Source: Patescibacteria group bacterium (GTDB lineage Bacteria > Patescibacteriota > Patescibacteriia > Buchananbacterales > UBA6539). Taken from it: 64,000 bases of DNA. Below the pieces are notes generated by a model. The model made no database searches, had not been told where the DNA came from, and saw nothing but the letters and a program-made list of their open reading frames with translations. The position numbers and the translations under genes were made by a program. The stretch covers positions 535,189 to 599,188 of the forward strand of contig JBAZSB010000001.1 in assembly GCA_041662625.1 (NCBI GenBank). Direction: 5' to 3'. Positions 36,921 through 47,322 of the stretch are shown here, one piece after another. Within the stretch, counting starts at the first letter, position 1; each line of letters starts with the position of its first letter.

Positions 36921-37826
36921 TTATTTTAGACTTTCAAACCACTCCGCTGTTTTTTTCAACCCTGTTTCTAAATTAATCTGGGGATTCCAGTCTAATAAAT
37001 TTCTGGCCTTTAAATTATCCGCCAAGGTATCATGCGGCTCAATTCTTGGCGCGATATGTTCAACTTCCCCACCCAGCCGCTTGGCAATTTCATTGACTGA
37101 ATAATTCTGACCAGCGCCAATGTTTATCACTTCACCCTTGCCGACTTTAGGACTAAGACTGGCTAAAATGTTGGCATTAACGACATCACCGACATAAGTA
37201 AAGTCCCGAGTTTGAGTACCGTCGCCAGTAATAGTCATTTTCTGGCCCTCTTTTTTCTGACGTAGAAAAATAGCCATAACAGTAACATAAGCGCCTTCAA
37301 AAGCCATTCTTGGTCCATAAACATTAAAATAGCGCAAGCTGACCGTCTCTAAGCCATAAAGTAAAGAAAAAAGTCGGGCATAATGTTCACCAACATATTT
37401 ATGCAAGCCGTATGGACTCATTGGTGCCGGAAGCAAATCTTCTTTCAGCGGTAAAATCTGAGTATCACCATAAGCCGAAGAAGAAGCGGAATAAACTAAG
37501 CGCTTAACTTTAGCATCCCGGGCAGCCAAAAAAACATTTAGTGTACCATTGATATTGGCATTGTGGGTTTCAATTGGATTTTCAATTGACCATTGCACCC
37601 GCGGCAAAGCGGCCAAATGAAAAACATAATCAATGCCGGCAAAATGAGGCTTAATTTGTTCCAGATTAGTAATATCCGCTTCGACAAACTTGGCCTGCGG
37701 ATTTAAGTTTTCTTTTTTACCCGTTGACAGATTATCTAGAATCACTACTTCATGACCCTGCTTAATTAGTTCATCAACGAGATTGGAGCCGATAAACCCA
37801 GCACCACCTGTAACTAATGCTTTCAT
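36921..37826 (-). CDS. NAD-dependent nucleotide-sugar epimerase/dehydratase (GalE/UGE-like)
   Basis: [17 protein letters not shown] with a YxxxK-type SDR fold. Confidence 0.85.
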   Translation of the reverse strand: MKALVTGGAGFIGSNLVDELIKQGHEVVILDNLSTGKKENLNPQAKFVEADITNLEQIKPHFAGIDYVFHLAALPRVQWSIENPIETHNANINGTLNVFLAARDAKVKRLVYSASSSAYGDTQILPLKEDLLPAPMSPYGLHKYVGEHYARLFSLLYGLETVSLRYFNVYGPRMAFEGAYVTVMAIFLRQKKEGQKMTITGDGTQTRDFTYVGDVVNANILASLSPKVGKGEVINIGAGQNYSVNEIAKRLGGEVEHIAPRIEPHDTLADNLKARNLLDWNPQINLETGLKKTAEWFESLK

Positions 37827-37910
37827 AAATTTAGTAAATTCAGCGAGTTAAGCAAGTTCAGTAAAGTCAGCTGAACTCGCTGAATTCACTGTACTCGCTG
37901 AACTTGCTAT

Positions 37911-38840
37911 TCATAAAACCTGCTTAAAATATTCAATCGTCTTGATTAATCCTTCTTCTAACTCCACGGTCGGCTGCCAATTCAATTTTTCTTTAGCTAA
38001 ACTGACATCCGGCTTGCGCTGTTTAGGATCGTCTTGCGGCAGAGGTTTATAAATAATCTTACTTTTACTCTCGGTCAACCTAATTATCAATTCCGCTAAT
38101 TCTTTAATGGTAAATTCGCCCGGATTACCTAAGTTGACTGGGCCAGCCCAACCGTCTGACTCCATCATCTTATAAAGTCCACTGATCATGTCAGAAACAA
38201 AACAAAATGATCGCGTCTGACTGCCGTCGCCGTAAATTGTAATATCTTGACCCTTTAAGGCTTGAACAATAAAATTAGAAATTACCCTCCCATCATCCCA
38301 AGACATTTGTGGGCCGTAGGTATTAAAAATCCGCACGACTTTAATCGGAATTTTAGCTTGGCGGTGATAGTCAAAAAATAAAGTTTCGGCGCATCTTTTG
38401 CCTTCATCGTAGCAAGCCCGCGGCCCAATCGGATTAACATTGCCGTTATAACTTTCAGGTTGCGGATGAATCTGCGGATCGCCATAGACTTCAGAAGTTG
38501 AAGCTTGCAAAACCTTAATGCCGCCTAACTTTTTAGATAGTTCTAGGCAATTAATGGCACCCAAAACATTAGTCCGCACGGTTTCAATTGGCGTTTTTTG
38601 ATAATGAACCGGTGAAGCCGGACAGGCTAAGTTATAAATTTGGTCAACTTCAACATCCAACGGATTAGTGATATCGTGCTCCAAAAGCTTAAAATTAGCA
38701 TTTTCCAAAAGTGGCGCAATGTTGCGTTTTTGACCAGTAAAAAAATTATCCAGACAAACAACCTGGTTCCCTTTTTCTAATAAAAATTGGCAGAGGTGAG
38801 AGCCGATAAAGCCCGCCCCACCAGTAACTAGAATTTTCAT
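37911..38840 (-). CDS. UDP-glucuronate decarboxylase (UDP-xylose synthase)-like SDR
   Basis: [41 protein letters not shown] is the UXS-type N-terminus. Confidence 0.8.
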   Translation of the reverse strand: MKILVTGGAGFIGSHLCQFLLEKGNQVVCLDNFFTGQKRNIAPLLENANFKLLEHDITNPLDVEVDQIYNLACPASPVHYQKTPIETVRTNVLGAINCLELSKKLGGIKVLQASTSEVYGDPQIHPQPESYNGNVNPIGPRACYDEGKRCAETLFFDYHRQAKIPIKVVRIFNTYGPQMSWDDGRVISNFIVQALKGQDITIYGDGSQTRSFCFVSDMISGLYKMMESDGWAGPVNLGNPGEFTIKELAELIIRLTESKSKIIYKPLPQDDPKQRKPDVSLAKEKLNWQPTVELEEGLIKTIEYFKQVL

Positions 38841-38904
38841 AAACAGCTTATAAAAAGCAAGTAAAAGTAAATAAAGCCCGCTTTTACTCGCTTTTATTAA
38901 CTTC

Positions 38905-40015
38905 TTACTCGCTTTTACCTGCTTTATTAATAAATCTTAAATAACTTTCCACAAACTTGTCAATCTCGCCTCCTAAAACCGCGTTAGCATCGGCCGTCTC
39001 AAATTCTGTTCGATGATCCTTAACCATTTTGTAAGGCTGCAAGACATAAGACCGGATTTGATTGCCCCATTCAGCCGCTAAAACTTCCCCCCTAATTTCG
39101 GCTAGCTCTTTACCTTTGGCCGCTTCCTGGAGTTTGGCCAATTTCGCCTGTAATAGTTTTAAAGCAATTTTTTTGTTTTGCAATTGTGATCTTTCACTTT
39201 GACACTTCACCACGATTCCAGTCGGCAGATGAGTAATGCGAACTGCCGAATCAGTGGTATTAACACTTTGGCCGCCATGGCCGCCGGAACGGAATACGTC
39301 AATCTTCAAATCTTCGGTTTTGATTTTGACTTCTTCATCGTCTTCTAGAATTGGCATGACCTCAATTAAAGCAAAGGAAGTATGGCGCATTTTTTCCGCA
39401 TCAAACGGCGAAATCCGCACCAAGCGGTGAACACCAGCTTCGGATTTTAAATTACCGTAAGCATAAGGCCCTAAAATTTCAAAGGTAACACTTTTAATAC
39501 CAGCTTCCTGACCGCGACTTTCATCAATTATTTTGGTAGTAAAATTTTTCTTTTCACAGTAGCGCAGATACATCCGCAGCAACATCTGCGCCCAGTCCTG
39601 AGCTTCCACGCCGCCGGTCCCGGCATGAATTGCTAAAATGGCATTATTCCTATCATACTTACCCGAAAATAAAACCAGAAGCTCCAGCTTCCCAAAACGC
39701 TTATTTAAATGATTTAAATCTTTGGTTAATTCAGACTGAATTGAACTATCATTTTCAATTTCTGCTTCTTGGGCTAATTCTAAACTGCTATTAACCTCAG
39801 CGGTAATACTTTCCCAATCCTTAACAACTGATTTTAAACTTTCCAGCCGCCGGGAAATTAATTTAGCCTGATCTTGATCATGCCAAAAATCAGGCCGATT
39901 TACTTTAGTTTCTAATTTTTTAATTTCAAGCTTAAGACCACCAAGGTCAAAGTAACCTCCGGGTGGCTGAAATCTTTTGTTTCAACTCTTTCAATTTTTG
40001 AATTATTTCTCTCAT
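38905..40015 (-). CDS. prfB: Peptide chain release factor 2 with programmed +1 ribosomal frameshift
   Basis: ORF0 [22 protein letters not shown] ends at CUU UGA C (UGA at 39939-39937) with GGAGG 3 nt upstream. The +1 frame continues [13 protein letters not shown]... into the listed ORF, which carries SPF and GGQ motifs. Confidence 0.9.
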
Positions 40016-40105
40016 ATTTAAACTTCGAGCTAAGAACTATGAACCCCAAACCTTGAACAATAAATGAATGTTTGCAGTTCTAGGCTCTAGGTTCTAAGTT
40101 CCATG

Positions 40106-40504
40106 CTATTTATTAATGCAGCCTTGAATTTTATCAAAAGTTTTCCCGGCCCCAGTCTCCTGGCAAAGGCAAAAATTCCCCAGTTTATTACGATACCAAA
40201 AGCCACCGGTATCCTGGCAGAGCTTTTTTTCCTGCTCAGTTGCCACTAAAACATTAAGGGGAATTTTTTGACAACGCTTAAATTCTAAATCCTGACACTG
40301 AGGACAAGTCGGCCCATAAATTCCTTCACACTCATCTTTGGCAAAACAGGTTTTCTCGTCTGAAAGATTGCCGCAAATACCGAGTTTATCAACATATTGC
40401 TTCAGCAACCAATCAGTCTGACTATGATAAAGATAAGTAAAAACACTAGCAACCATCGCCACGGCAATAAATATTGAAAAGATTATAATCGTTCGGCTAG
40501 ACAT
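40106..40504 (-). CDS. Hypothetical membrane-anchored Cys-rich protein (132 aa)
   Basis: N-terminal TM helix and 12 Cys. Confidence 0.5.
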   Translation of the reverse strand: MSSRTIIIFSIFIAVAMVASVFTYLYHSQTDWLLKQYVDKLGICGNLSDEKTCFAKDECEGIYGPTCPQCQDLEFKRCQKIPLNVLVATEQEKKLCQDTGGFWYRNKLGNFCLCQETGAGKTFDKIQGCINK

Positions 40505-40532
40505 ATTTTTAAATTAATCTTGAATTAATTAT

Positions 40533-40877
40533 TTAAAATCGATAGATAAACTTCTCAAAACAATTGACTCGATCTTTGGTCAATTTGATTCCTTCATTTT
40601 TCAAAAGCCATAATTTTTTCTTTGGGCCCAAGCAATACCCGCCGGTTCGACCATCAGAGCGGATAACTCGATGACAAGGGGTTGTAATCAAATCAGGGTT
40701 TTTCTTTAAGGCACTAGCAACAGCCCGAATGGCTCTGGGCCGACCAAGCGCTTTGGCTAACAATTTATAAGTTGTAACTTTACCCAAAGGAATTTTTTTG
40801 ACGGCTGAAAAAACTGCTTTGGTAAAATCTGTTGAATTTTCAAATTTATCTTGACTCGTTTCCATTCTTTTCAGCAT
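40533..40877 (-). CDS. ogt: Methylated-DNA-protein-cysteine methyltransferase (Ogt DNA-binding/active-site domain only)
   Basis: PCHRVI active-site motif within a 114-aa protein. Confidence 0.8.
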   Translation of the reverse strand: MLKRMETSQDKFENSTDFTKAVFSAVKKIPLGKVTTYKLLAKALGRPRAIRAVASALKKNPDLITTPCHRVIRSDGRTGGYCLGPKKKLWLLKNEGIKLTKDRVNCFEKFIYRF

Positions 40878-41313
40878 TAGTCAATGATTGGATTTGCTGA
40901 AGTAAATTTTGATTAGCCGGACCACTACCAATATTTAAAAGTTCCCCATAAGGAGCAAAGGCTTCACGAATTAATGCCGGCCCATAAATTATACCAATCG
41001 CTAAAGGAACAAGAATAATTAAAATCTTAAACACTCCCCAAACTCGCTGCCAGGCAACCCAGTGTTTGATCTTTTTGGTCATTTCATAAAGCTCCTGAGA
41101 AACTTTTAAGTTTTCCTGCAAAAGCTTTTGGAGTTCCTGCTGGGATTTTAATTCGGCTGAGCCCTCAATTTTCTCTTGCCGTAAAACTTTAGTATAGCGT
41201 AAATTCTCTTCAACCAAACTCCTCACCTCATCAATTCGCTCCTGGAATGATTTAGTTTGGTCCGAAAGGTTTAAATTTACCTTTTGTCTTTTAGAATTAC
41301 TTACGCCATTCAT
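40846..41313 (-). CDS. Hypothetical protein with coiled-coil and C-terminal TM segment
   Basis: ORF only. Confidence 0.45.
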   Translation of the reverse strand: MNGVSNSKRQKVNLNLSDQTKSFQERIDEVRSLVEENLRYTKVLRQEKIEGSAELKSQQELQKLLQENLKVSQELYEMTKKIKHWVAWQRVWGVFKILIILVPLAIGIIYGPALIREAFAPYGELLNIGSGPANQNLLQQIQSLTNAEKNGNESR

Positions 41314-41398
41314 ACCATAATTATACTATATTTAGCTAAATTAAAAAAGATCCCACCAAAGCAGGATCTTTTTTAATATTTATGAGTTTTACTTATCT

Positions 41399-43003
41399 TT
41401 AGAGTCCTTTATCAGTATTAATGTCTGGTGAAGCATTTTGAATTGCAGTTTTATCAAAATCAGCTGCCGCCGCAATTTCAGTACCAATTTTGTAATTAAT
41501 GAAGAAAGAGTCAGGTACATCTTCAACTAATGTTGGCCAACTGGCCCCATATAAAGCTTCGGCAATAGCAGCAGTTTTAACCCACATTAAAGTTCCATTT
41601 TGGGCCACTGCATAAACCTTAGGATCGGTTTGAATTTTAACCAATTTAACGCCTGGCCGATAAGTCACATTGCCACCAATGGCATAACTAGCTAATTCAG
41701 TTGCACTGACGGTTTTGACCGTTGAAAAGTCAGCATACCAAGTTTTATATGTCTTTTCATGAGGGAAAACATAACGCTTACCATTGCTGCCAAGATAATA
41801 AACTGCTTTACAGGGATCATTTACTCCGGCACCAGCCGCACAGGCTAGTTTCACTAATTCGCCGCCTTCTGCTTTTTGGGTACCGATCAAAGCAAATAAG
41901 GTGAAGTGAGCAGTTTCCACGGTAATTTTATTATTGGCTGCATCAAGTGTCCCACCTAAATTTAACCATTTCTGACCGGTTGTATCCCAGTAGTAAACTG
42001 CTAGGGTTGACTCACTAATATTTTTTATCTCTTCATCAGTATAAGCAAAAGTTAAAGCCACTTTTTTGCTGAAGGTAGTAACGCTTGTACCACCAACCGT
42101 TAGGGCTAGGTCATAAACTTTGCTACCCACCACCTGATTATCACCTGTTGGGGCGGTATAGCTAGTGGTCGGGTCAATTGTCACGCTGCCACTACCCGAA
42201 ACTGCGCCACTTGGCACAACAACGGATAATTTACCATCACTTAGAGTGGTTGTCCCACCTGCTTCAGCCGTGACATTGCCTGTTGTCGTTTCTGCTGGCG
42301 CGACTAATTCAATCGAGTCACTGACCGCAGTTGAATCACCGCCGCTTGAACTCCGGAATTTAACGTAAACAGTTTTAGTCCCAACACCGGAAGTCAATGT
42401 CCAGCTTTTGCTAGTGGCATAAGTCACCCAACTGCCTGCATCAGTAAAATCTGATTTATTGGCAATCAGCATCGTTGCCGCATTAGTGGCAGCTAAAGTT
42501 AAGGTAACAGCTGTATTCTCAGTTTGAGCATCATTATTATTGATCTTAACCGAAGTTGCACTAGGAATAACTGTTGCTGCCCCGCCGCCGCCACCACCAC
42601 CACCGGTACTGCCGCCACCACCAAGAATAGTTGAACATAGGGTGTCACTTACGGTTAAAGTTACACTTTGGGTGCTAGCCGAGGTTAAAGTAATGTGAGA
42701 AGCAGAAACCGAATCACAAGCGTAAGAACCCACGTCATTAACAGAAACTGAGAATAGATAACCTTGGCTTGACTGAAAAGTAATATTTGAATCAGAGGCT
42801 AAACCAACAGTTAAAGTCGAGTCATTATTAATAGTCAATGATTCAACCAGGGAACCGTTAGTAATAGTCAAAGTTTTAGTATTAGGCAAAGAAACTGTGA
42901 CCGCTGCATCATAAGTTACTGCTGCTGCCAAGGCACTAAGGGGCAAAAGCAAAGCCAGAGAAAATATTACTAACCCAAAGCTTCTCAAAAATATCTTGCG
43001 CAT
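41399..43003 (-). CDS. Secreted surface protein with poly-Gly linker (GGGGSTGGGGGGGG)
   Basis: Signal peptide and Thr/Ser-rich beta-rich sequence. Confidence 0.55.
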   Translation of the reverse strand: MRKIFLRSFGLVIFSLALLLPLSALAAAVTYDAAVTVSLPNTKTLTITNGSLVESLTINNDSTLTVGLASDSNITFQSSQGYLFSVSVNDVGSYACDSVSASHITLTSASTQSVTLTVSDTLCSTILGGGGSTGGGGGGGGAATVIPSATSVKINNNDAQTENTAVTLTLAATNAATMLIANKSDFTDAGSWVTYATSKSWTLTSGVGTKTVYVKFRSSSGGDSTAVSDSIELVAPAETTTGNVTAEAGGTTTLSDGKLSVVVPSGAVSGSGSVTIDPTTSYTAPTGDNQVVGSKVYDLALTVGGTSVTTFSKKVALTFAYTDEEIKNISESTLAVYYWDTTGQKWLNLGGTLDAANNKITVETAHFTLFALIGTQKAEGGELVKLACAAGAGVNDPCKAVYYLGSNGKRYVFPHEKTYKTWYADFSTVKTVSATELASYAIGGNVTYRPGVKLVKIQTDPKVYAVAQNGTLMWVKTAAIAEALYGASWPTLVEDVPDSFFINYKIGTEIAAAADFDKTAIQNASPDINTDKGL

Positions 43004-43035
43004 AAAATTATTTAGGTTAATTAATAATTCTCTGT

Positions 43036-43674
43036 TTAATTACAACGCCCTGCCTGACAAGTCAACGCGGGTGTACCTGAAGCAGTAAGACCATTAATGA
43101 AGCAGTTGTAATAAGCGCCATCAAAACCCGCTAACTCTAAACAACCAACTTGTTTTTTCACTTCCCCAGTCGTGATATCACCAACACTAACAGTTGAAGT
43201 TCCAGTTGTCTCATCACGCGAAAATATTCCGGGCGTGGTTGTCGCTGTCGCTGAAGCTAAATCAAAATTGCTACCGCTAACCACTAAATCACCGTCAATT
43301 TCAACATCATCCTGAACATATAAATCACCACCAGCCACATTTAAGCTATTGGCAACTCCCGTACCAACCCATAAAGCTGCCGTTGTTGTAACTGTCCCCC
43401 CAACTAACACATCATCAGAAACTGCTAAATCGGCATCATAATCAAAACCATTAGGAACAGTAAAGCCATCCCCTACCATTAAGTAATTAGTAGTTGTAGC
43501 CGAAGTGGTTGTGGCACGACCAGTGACGGTTAAAAGACCAGCAGTAGTGATGTCACTGCCAATTGTTGTCGCTGCATAAACAACTGACATAACAAAAAGC
43601 GAGGCAATTAATACTACTACCGCGCTCTGGAAAAACGGAGAAAATTTTGCTAATTTACTTTTTATTTCTCTCAT
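43036..43674 (-). CDS. Hypothetical secreted/anchored Thr-rich protein
   Basis: N-terminal hydrophobic segment. Low-complexity, Thr-rich. Confidence 0.45.
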   Translation of the reverse strand: MREIKSKLAKFSPFFQSAVVVLIASLFVMSVVYAATTIGSDITTAGLLTVTGRATTTSATTTNYLMVGDGFTVPNGFDYDADLAVSDDVLVGGTVTTTAALWVGTGVANSLNVAGGDLYVQDDVEIDGDLVVSGSNFDLASATATTTPGIFSRDETTGTSTVSVGDITTGEVKKQVGCLELAGFDGAYYNCFINGLTASGTPALTCQAGRCN

Positions 43675-43910
43675 AAGACCTTGAATTTAGTTTATTAGTT
43701 TTTAACTTATATTTTAATTTGTGTTTTTTCCAAAAAAAATATTATTCCAAAAATAATAATATTAATAATTAATTAAATTAAAATACCTCCTTTCCTTAAG
43801 TTCAATTATACCACAAAATCAGAAAAAACGACATTTAGAAAAACTGTGGATAACTTTTCATTTATTACTTACCGTAGCTTACCTTACCCGCCTTAAATTG
43901 TTGGCTAAAT

Positions 43911-44450
43911 TTAGTTATTTATTGCAGCCAAAACCTTCAATTTACTTGATTTCGCCCAAATCATTGCTCCTTCATAAACACCAAATAAAACCGAAGTATA
44001 AAAGAGATCACCAAGCATTGAATTACGGAAGAAAGGTAAGGCGAGGGTATAACAATGAATCAAGCCGGCAAAACTTTTAGTATACCAGGGGGAAAATTGC
44101 CAAACCGCATAATTAGTCACTAAATAAAATAAAACTGAAGCAACCAGACTGGTGGCCACTACAGTTTCTAAACTTTTATATCTTTTAATTAGGCTACCTA
44201 ATAAACCAATTATGATAAAACTGCTATAAACTGCTAACATCACTTTAAAATCGTAGAAACCAATAAATAAATCGCCAATTAGCATCGTGATGACGGGTAA
44301 AACAACAGCGTAACGCCGGCCTAAGTAAACACCAGCGAATAAGGCAATTGCTGCTACCGGCGCAAAATTCCACATATGCGGCAGAAGCCGGCAACTGACT
44401 CCCAAAATAATGAGGATAGCTGAGATAATAAGTTTAGTTTTTTTGTCCAT
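43911..44450 (-). CDS. ECF-transporter S-component-like small membrane protein (candidate cobalamin-specific, CbrT-like)
   Basis: 179 aa, 5-6 TM. Last gene of the B12-riboswitch operon. This is assigned by context and topology, not by motif. Confidence 0.45.
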   Translation of the reverse strand: MDKKTKLIISAILIILGVSCRLLPHMWNFAPVAAIALFAGVYLGRRYAVVLPVITMLIGDLFIGFYDFKVMLAVYSSFIIIGLLGSLIKRYKSLETVVATSLVASVLFYLVTNYAVWQFSPWYTKSFAGLIHCYTLALPFFRNSMLGDLFYTSVLFGVYEGAMIWAKSSKLKVLAAINN

Positions 44451-44488
44451 ATACTTTTTTAATTTCTTAATTTTTTAATTTCTTATTA

Positions 44489-44944
44489 TTATTGAATTTG
44501 CCCCCGAATATATTTCCATTCGACAAAATCACCATCATTCAGCTTATAGGCGCTGGCCCCAATCTCAGCATATTTATTATTGACCCAGTACTGCCAATAT
44601 TTATCACCAGCAATACTGTTTTTTATGTCCCCGACTCCTTCCACAAAAACTCCGAGTTCACCGTAATCTTTGGAGCTTAATTTCAAATTATTTTCTGAGG
44701 TGACTTTTTCCAATAAAGTAAAAACTGCGGCATCTTTGGCTAAACTAACATCGTTAAATGTCCGGACTTGGCCATTGCCGAAATCAAGCATCAGACTAAC
44801 AACGATTGTTTCTTTTTGGTTTTGCTCCAAAGGTTGATTAATTGCTTTATTGCCATCAGAGGGCGATAAAGCTTGCTGACCCCCAATATAGAAACCAGCA
44901 ACGAAGATAGCGACGGCAATGATAATTTTAGCCAGTAGTTTCAT
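44489..44944 (-). CDS. DUF4430 (transcobalamin beta-domain-like) secreted protein
   Basis: The C-terminus YWQYWVNNKYAEIGASAYKLNDGDFVEWKY matches the DUF4430 pattern. Signal anchor. In the B12 operon. Confidence 0.6.
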   Translation of the reverse strand: MKLLAKIIIAVAIFVAGFYIGGQQALSPSDGNKAINQPLEQNQKETIVVSLMLDFGNGQVRTFNDVSLAKDAAVFTLLEKVTSENNLKLSSKDYGELGVFVEGVGDIKNSIAGDKYWQYWVNNKYAEIGASAYKLNDGDFVEWKYIRGQIQ

Positions 44945-44949
44945 AGTTA

Positions 44950-44985
44950 TTAGATTAGGAATTAGTTATTAGGTATTAGGAATTA
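44950..44985. repeat. Degenerate heptamer repeat ATTAGGN x5 (same motif family as 23467-23508)
   Basis: Reads attagga attagtt attaggt attagga attagg. Confidence 0.5.
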
Positions 44986-45525
44986 GGCTCTAGTGCGCCT
45001 AATTACTAACCACCTCTTATACAGCAATTTTACCCCAAAAACTAATCCTAAACAAGCAGCCACTAAGACAATTAAGCCGACTATTAACCACCAGGTTGGC
45101 CAGCCCAAGCTATTAATAGTAATTGGCAATTTCACCCCAGATGCTGCAGAAAAGCTTGAAGCCTCTAAGGGCCGAGCCACAATGGAAATATTAGTACTAA
45201 ATAAACCCGGCGTCTTAACTCTGATTTGGACTTTCACTAGTTGGTTTGCTCCGGCATCAAGCAAAAAATCAGTTGGTGCAATTTCAATTGCCTTTTCTAA
45301 AGCATCGGGATAAATCTGATATAAGGCTGGCTGATCAGCGACATTCATCACCAAAAATTCAGTAACAGTCACTTTACCAGTTTTAACTTGTAAATCAATT
45401 CGTTTCGGCTTAACCCCTACCCCCACTGCCTGAACCGACTGTCCAATCATAAAACTTACTAAAATCAAGATCAATAACCCACCAAAATTCCTGCGATTGG
45501 CGATTGGCGATTGGCGATTGGCCAT
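44983..45525 (-). CDS. Surface protein with signal peptide and C-terminal TM anchor (180 aa)
   Basis: The N-terminus is encoded by a heptanucleotide repeat. The stop of the upstream gene is 3 nt from its ATG. Confidence 0.55.
   Translation of the reverse strand: MANRQSPIANRRNFGGLLILILVSFMIGQSVQAVGVGVKPKRIDLQVKTGKVTVTEFLVMNVADQPALYQIYPDALEKAIEIAPTDFLLDAGANQLVKVQIRVKTPGLFSTNISIVARPLEASSFSAASGVKLPITINSLGWPTWWLIVGLIVLVAACLGLVFGVKLLYKRWLVIRRTRA
45494..45521. repeat. Heptanucleotide tandem repeat (CGATTGG)x4 inside the first codons of the surface-protein gene
   Basis: Encodes M-ANRQSPIANR on the minus strand. The unit length is not a multiple of 3. Confidence 0.75.
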
Positions 45526-45528
45526 AAG

Positions 45529-47316
45529 CTATTGACTGGTAGCCCAAAAAATCAATTCGCCAGACTTAACACCGGAAGCCAAATAATTTCCCGGAACAGT
45601 TAAAGAAATCCCGGCAGTTTTACTTTCATTGGGCAGAAGGGTTTCGGTATAATCAGTACAAAGCTGGTCATTGATTTTAATCCCTGAAACAAAAACAACA
45701 TCACCGCTAACCGCAGCACCGACGTTTAAGCCGACTGTCCCGCCATTAGTTAAATTAACAACCCGGCTGTTAGTTTGGCCCGGCGCCAAAGTGCCGAAGT
45801 TAAGCTGGGACTGATCAACTACCAAAGCAATGGCTTCACCGCCAATATTACCGCCACCACTTTGGTTAATCTCAACTTGTAAACCCACTTTTTGACTGAC
45901 TGTATCACCAACAGTAATTTTTGATTTTTCACTACGAATAAATCCTGGCGTATCAATGTAAACTTGATAAAAACCATTCTGATTGATCGTTAAGGTCAGA
46001 TGCCCCGAAGCATCAGCAGTCCGAACTTCTTCGTTGACTTTAATCACTGCATTAGGTAAAGGCAACCAATCAGTGCCATTGAAATATTGGGCGGCAACAT
46101 TGACCACTTCACCCGGATCTATCTCAAGTGGACTGGCATTAAGTTGCGTTGGATTCCAGCCCCATTCACCATAATAGAAAAGGACTTCATCGCCGGCTGC
46201 CAAAGTATAGCTATCAGCGCCGATTGGCGGCGAAATATTATCCACGAAATAAAGCCAGCCTGACGTTCCTTGCGCTTGCTCATCATTGATTGCCCGTAGA
46301 TACGGGCCGTAACTTTCTTGAGTGATTGTATAAGTATAACCGCAGATGGCTGCAGCGTTTTTCACTAAATCTAAAGCGTTAGTACCAGCCACTTGGGTAT
46401 CACAAATAGTGCTGGTGCTACCCTCAAGTCGAAGATGATAAGTACCCAGGTTTGAACCGTTTTGATAATAGCCAACCGGATAAGTTTTATTACTTAAAGC
46501 AATAACCGCAAAAGCCGTCATCGCCTTATTATTCCACTCCGAAGTGCCTTCCGTAACCCACCAAAAACCGCCATCTCCATCCTGCAAAGATTGTAAATGA
46601 GTAACTGGATTTTTTCCATTCTGATTCCAACTGTTGGGATTAACCCCCGCTTTAATCAGGGCGGAAATCACCCAGGAATCTGACCCAGCATCAGAATCAC
46701 TTCCCACCTCATACCCAATTCCCCCGTCAGCATTTTGGGCGGATTGAATATAGGCTAAAGCCCCAGTAATTACCACATCACTGTTGCTAACTCCAGCTTC
46801 AACTAAAGCCATGATCGCCGCGGCCGTGTCATTGGTATCGCTGCCAGCACCAACCGAATAGCTCCAGCCGCCATCAACATTTTGATGAGCTAACAAAAAA
46901 TTCTTCGCCGCACTGGCTTCTGGTGAGTTAACTTCACCCACTGAAGCTAGGGCTAGAATCGACCAGGCATCATCATTCAGTAAATTTTTGTCTCCCATTT
47001 GGTTATCACTAAAATACGTTTTCAGTTTAGCTACATAATCAATGGTGCCAAAAGTTTTGGGGTTTTCCCCAACTGCGGCCAAAGCTAAGATAGTTTTGGC
47101 GTAATCCGTGGCTAAATTACCGGAAACACTATGCAAGTAGCCAACTGGAATACTGGTTTCACCGGCTGCTTTTAAAGCCAAAGTGATCCACGGATCATCA
47201 ACTTGGCTTTTCAGATAAGTTACTGCTTCTGGGACTCCAGCCGATACAAAAGCCGGCTGAAAGATGAATGCTAGCATCAGCAAACTAACCCAGAAATTTT
47301 TGATTTTTGTCCTCAT
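45529..47316 (-). CDS. Secreted alpha/alpha-toroid (prenyltransferase/squalene-oxidase repeat) protein, transcobalamin alpha-domain-like
   Basis: Signal peptide plus repeated QxxDGG(W/F) motifs (AHQNVDGGWSY, SAQNADGGIGY, SLQDGDGGFWW). First gene after the cobalamin riboswitch. Confidence 0.65.
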   Translation of the reverse strand: MRTKIKNFWVSLLMLAFIFQPAFVSAGVPEAVTYLKSQVDDPWITLALKAAGETSIPVGYLHSVSGNLATDYAKTILALAAVGENPKTFGTIDYVAKLKTYFSDNQMGDKNLLNDDAWSILALASVGEVNSPEASAAKNFLLAHQNVDGGWSYSVGAGSDTNDTAAAIMALVEAGVSNSDVVITGALAYIQSAQNADGGIGYEVGSDSDAGSDSWVISALIKAGVNPNSWNQNGKNPVTHLQSLQDGDGGFWWVTEGTSEWNNKAMTAFAVIALSNKTYPVGYYQNGSNLGTYHLRLEGSTSTICDTQVAGTNALDLVKNAAAICGYTYTITQESYGPYLRAINDEQAQGTSGWLYFVDNISPPIGADSYTLAAGDEVLFYYGEWGWNPTQLNASPLEIDPGEVVNVAAQYFNGTDWLPLPNAVIKVNEEVRTADASGHLTLTINQNGFYQVYIDTPGFIRSEKSKITVGDTVSQKVGLQVEINQSGGGNIGGEAIALVVDQSQLNFGTLAPGQTNSRVVNLTNGGTVGLNVGAAVSGDVVFVSGIKINDQLCTDYTETLLPNESKTAGISLTVPGNYLASGVKSGELIFWATSQ

Positions 47317-47322
47317 AAACAA

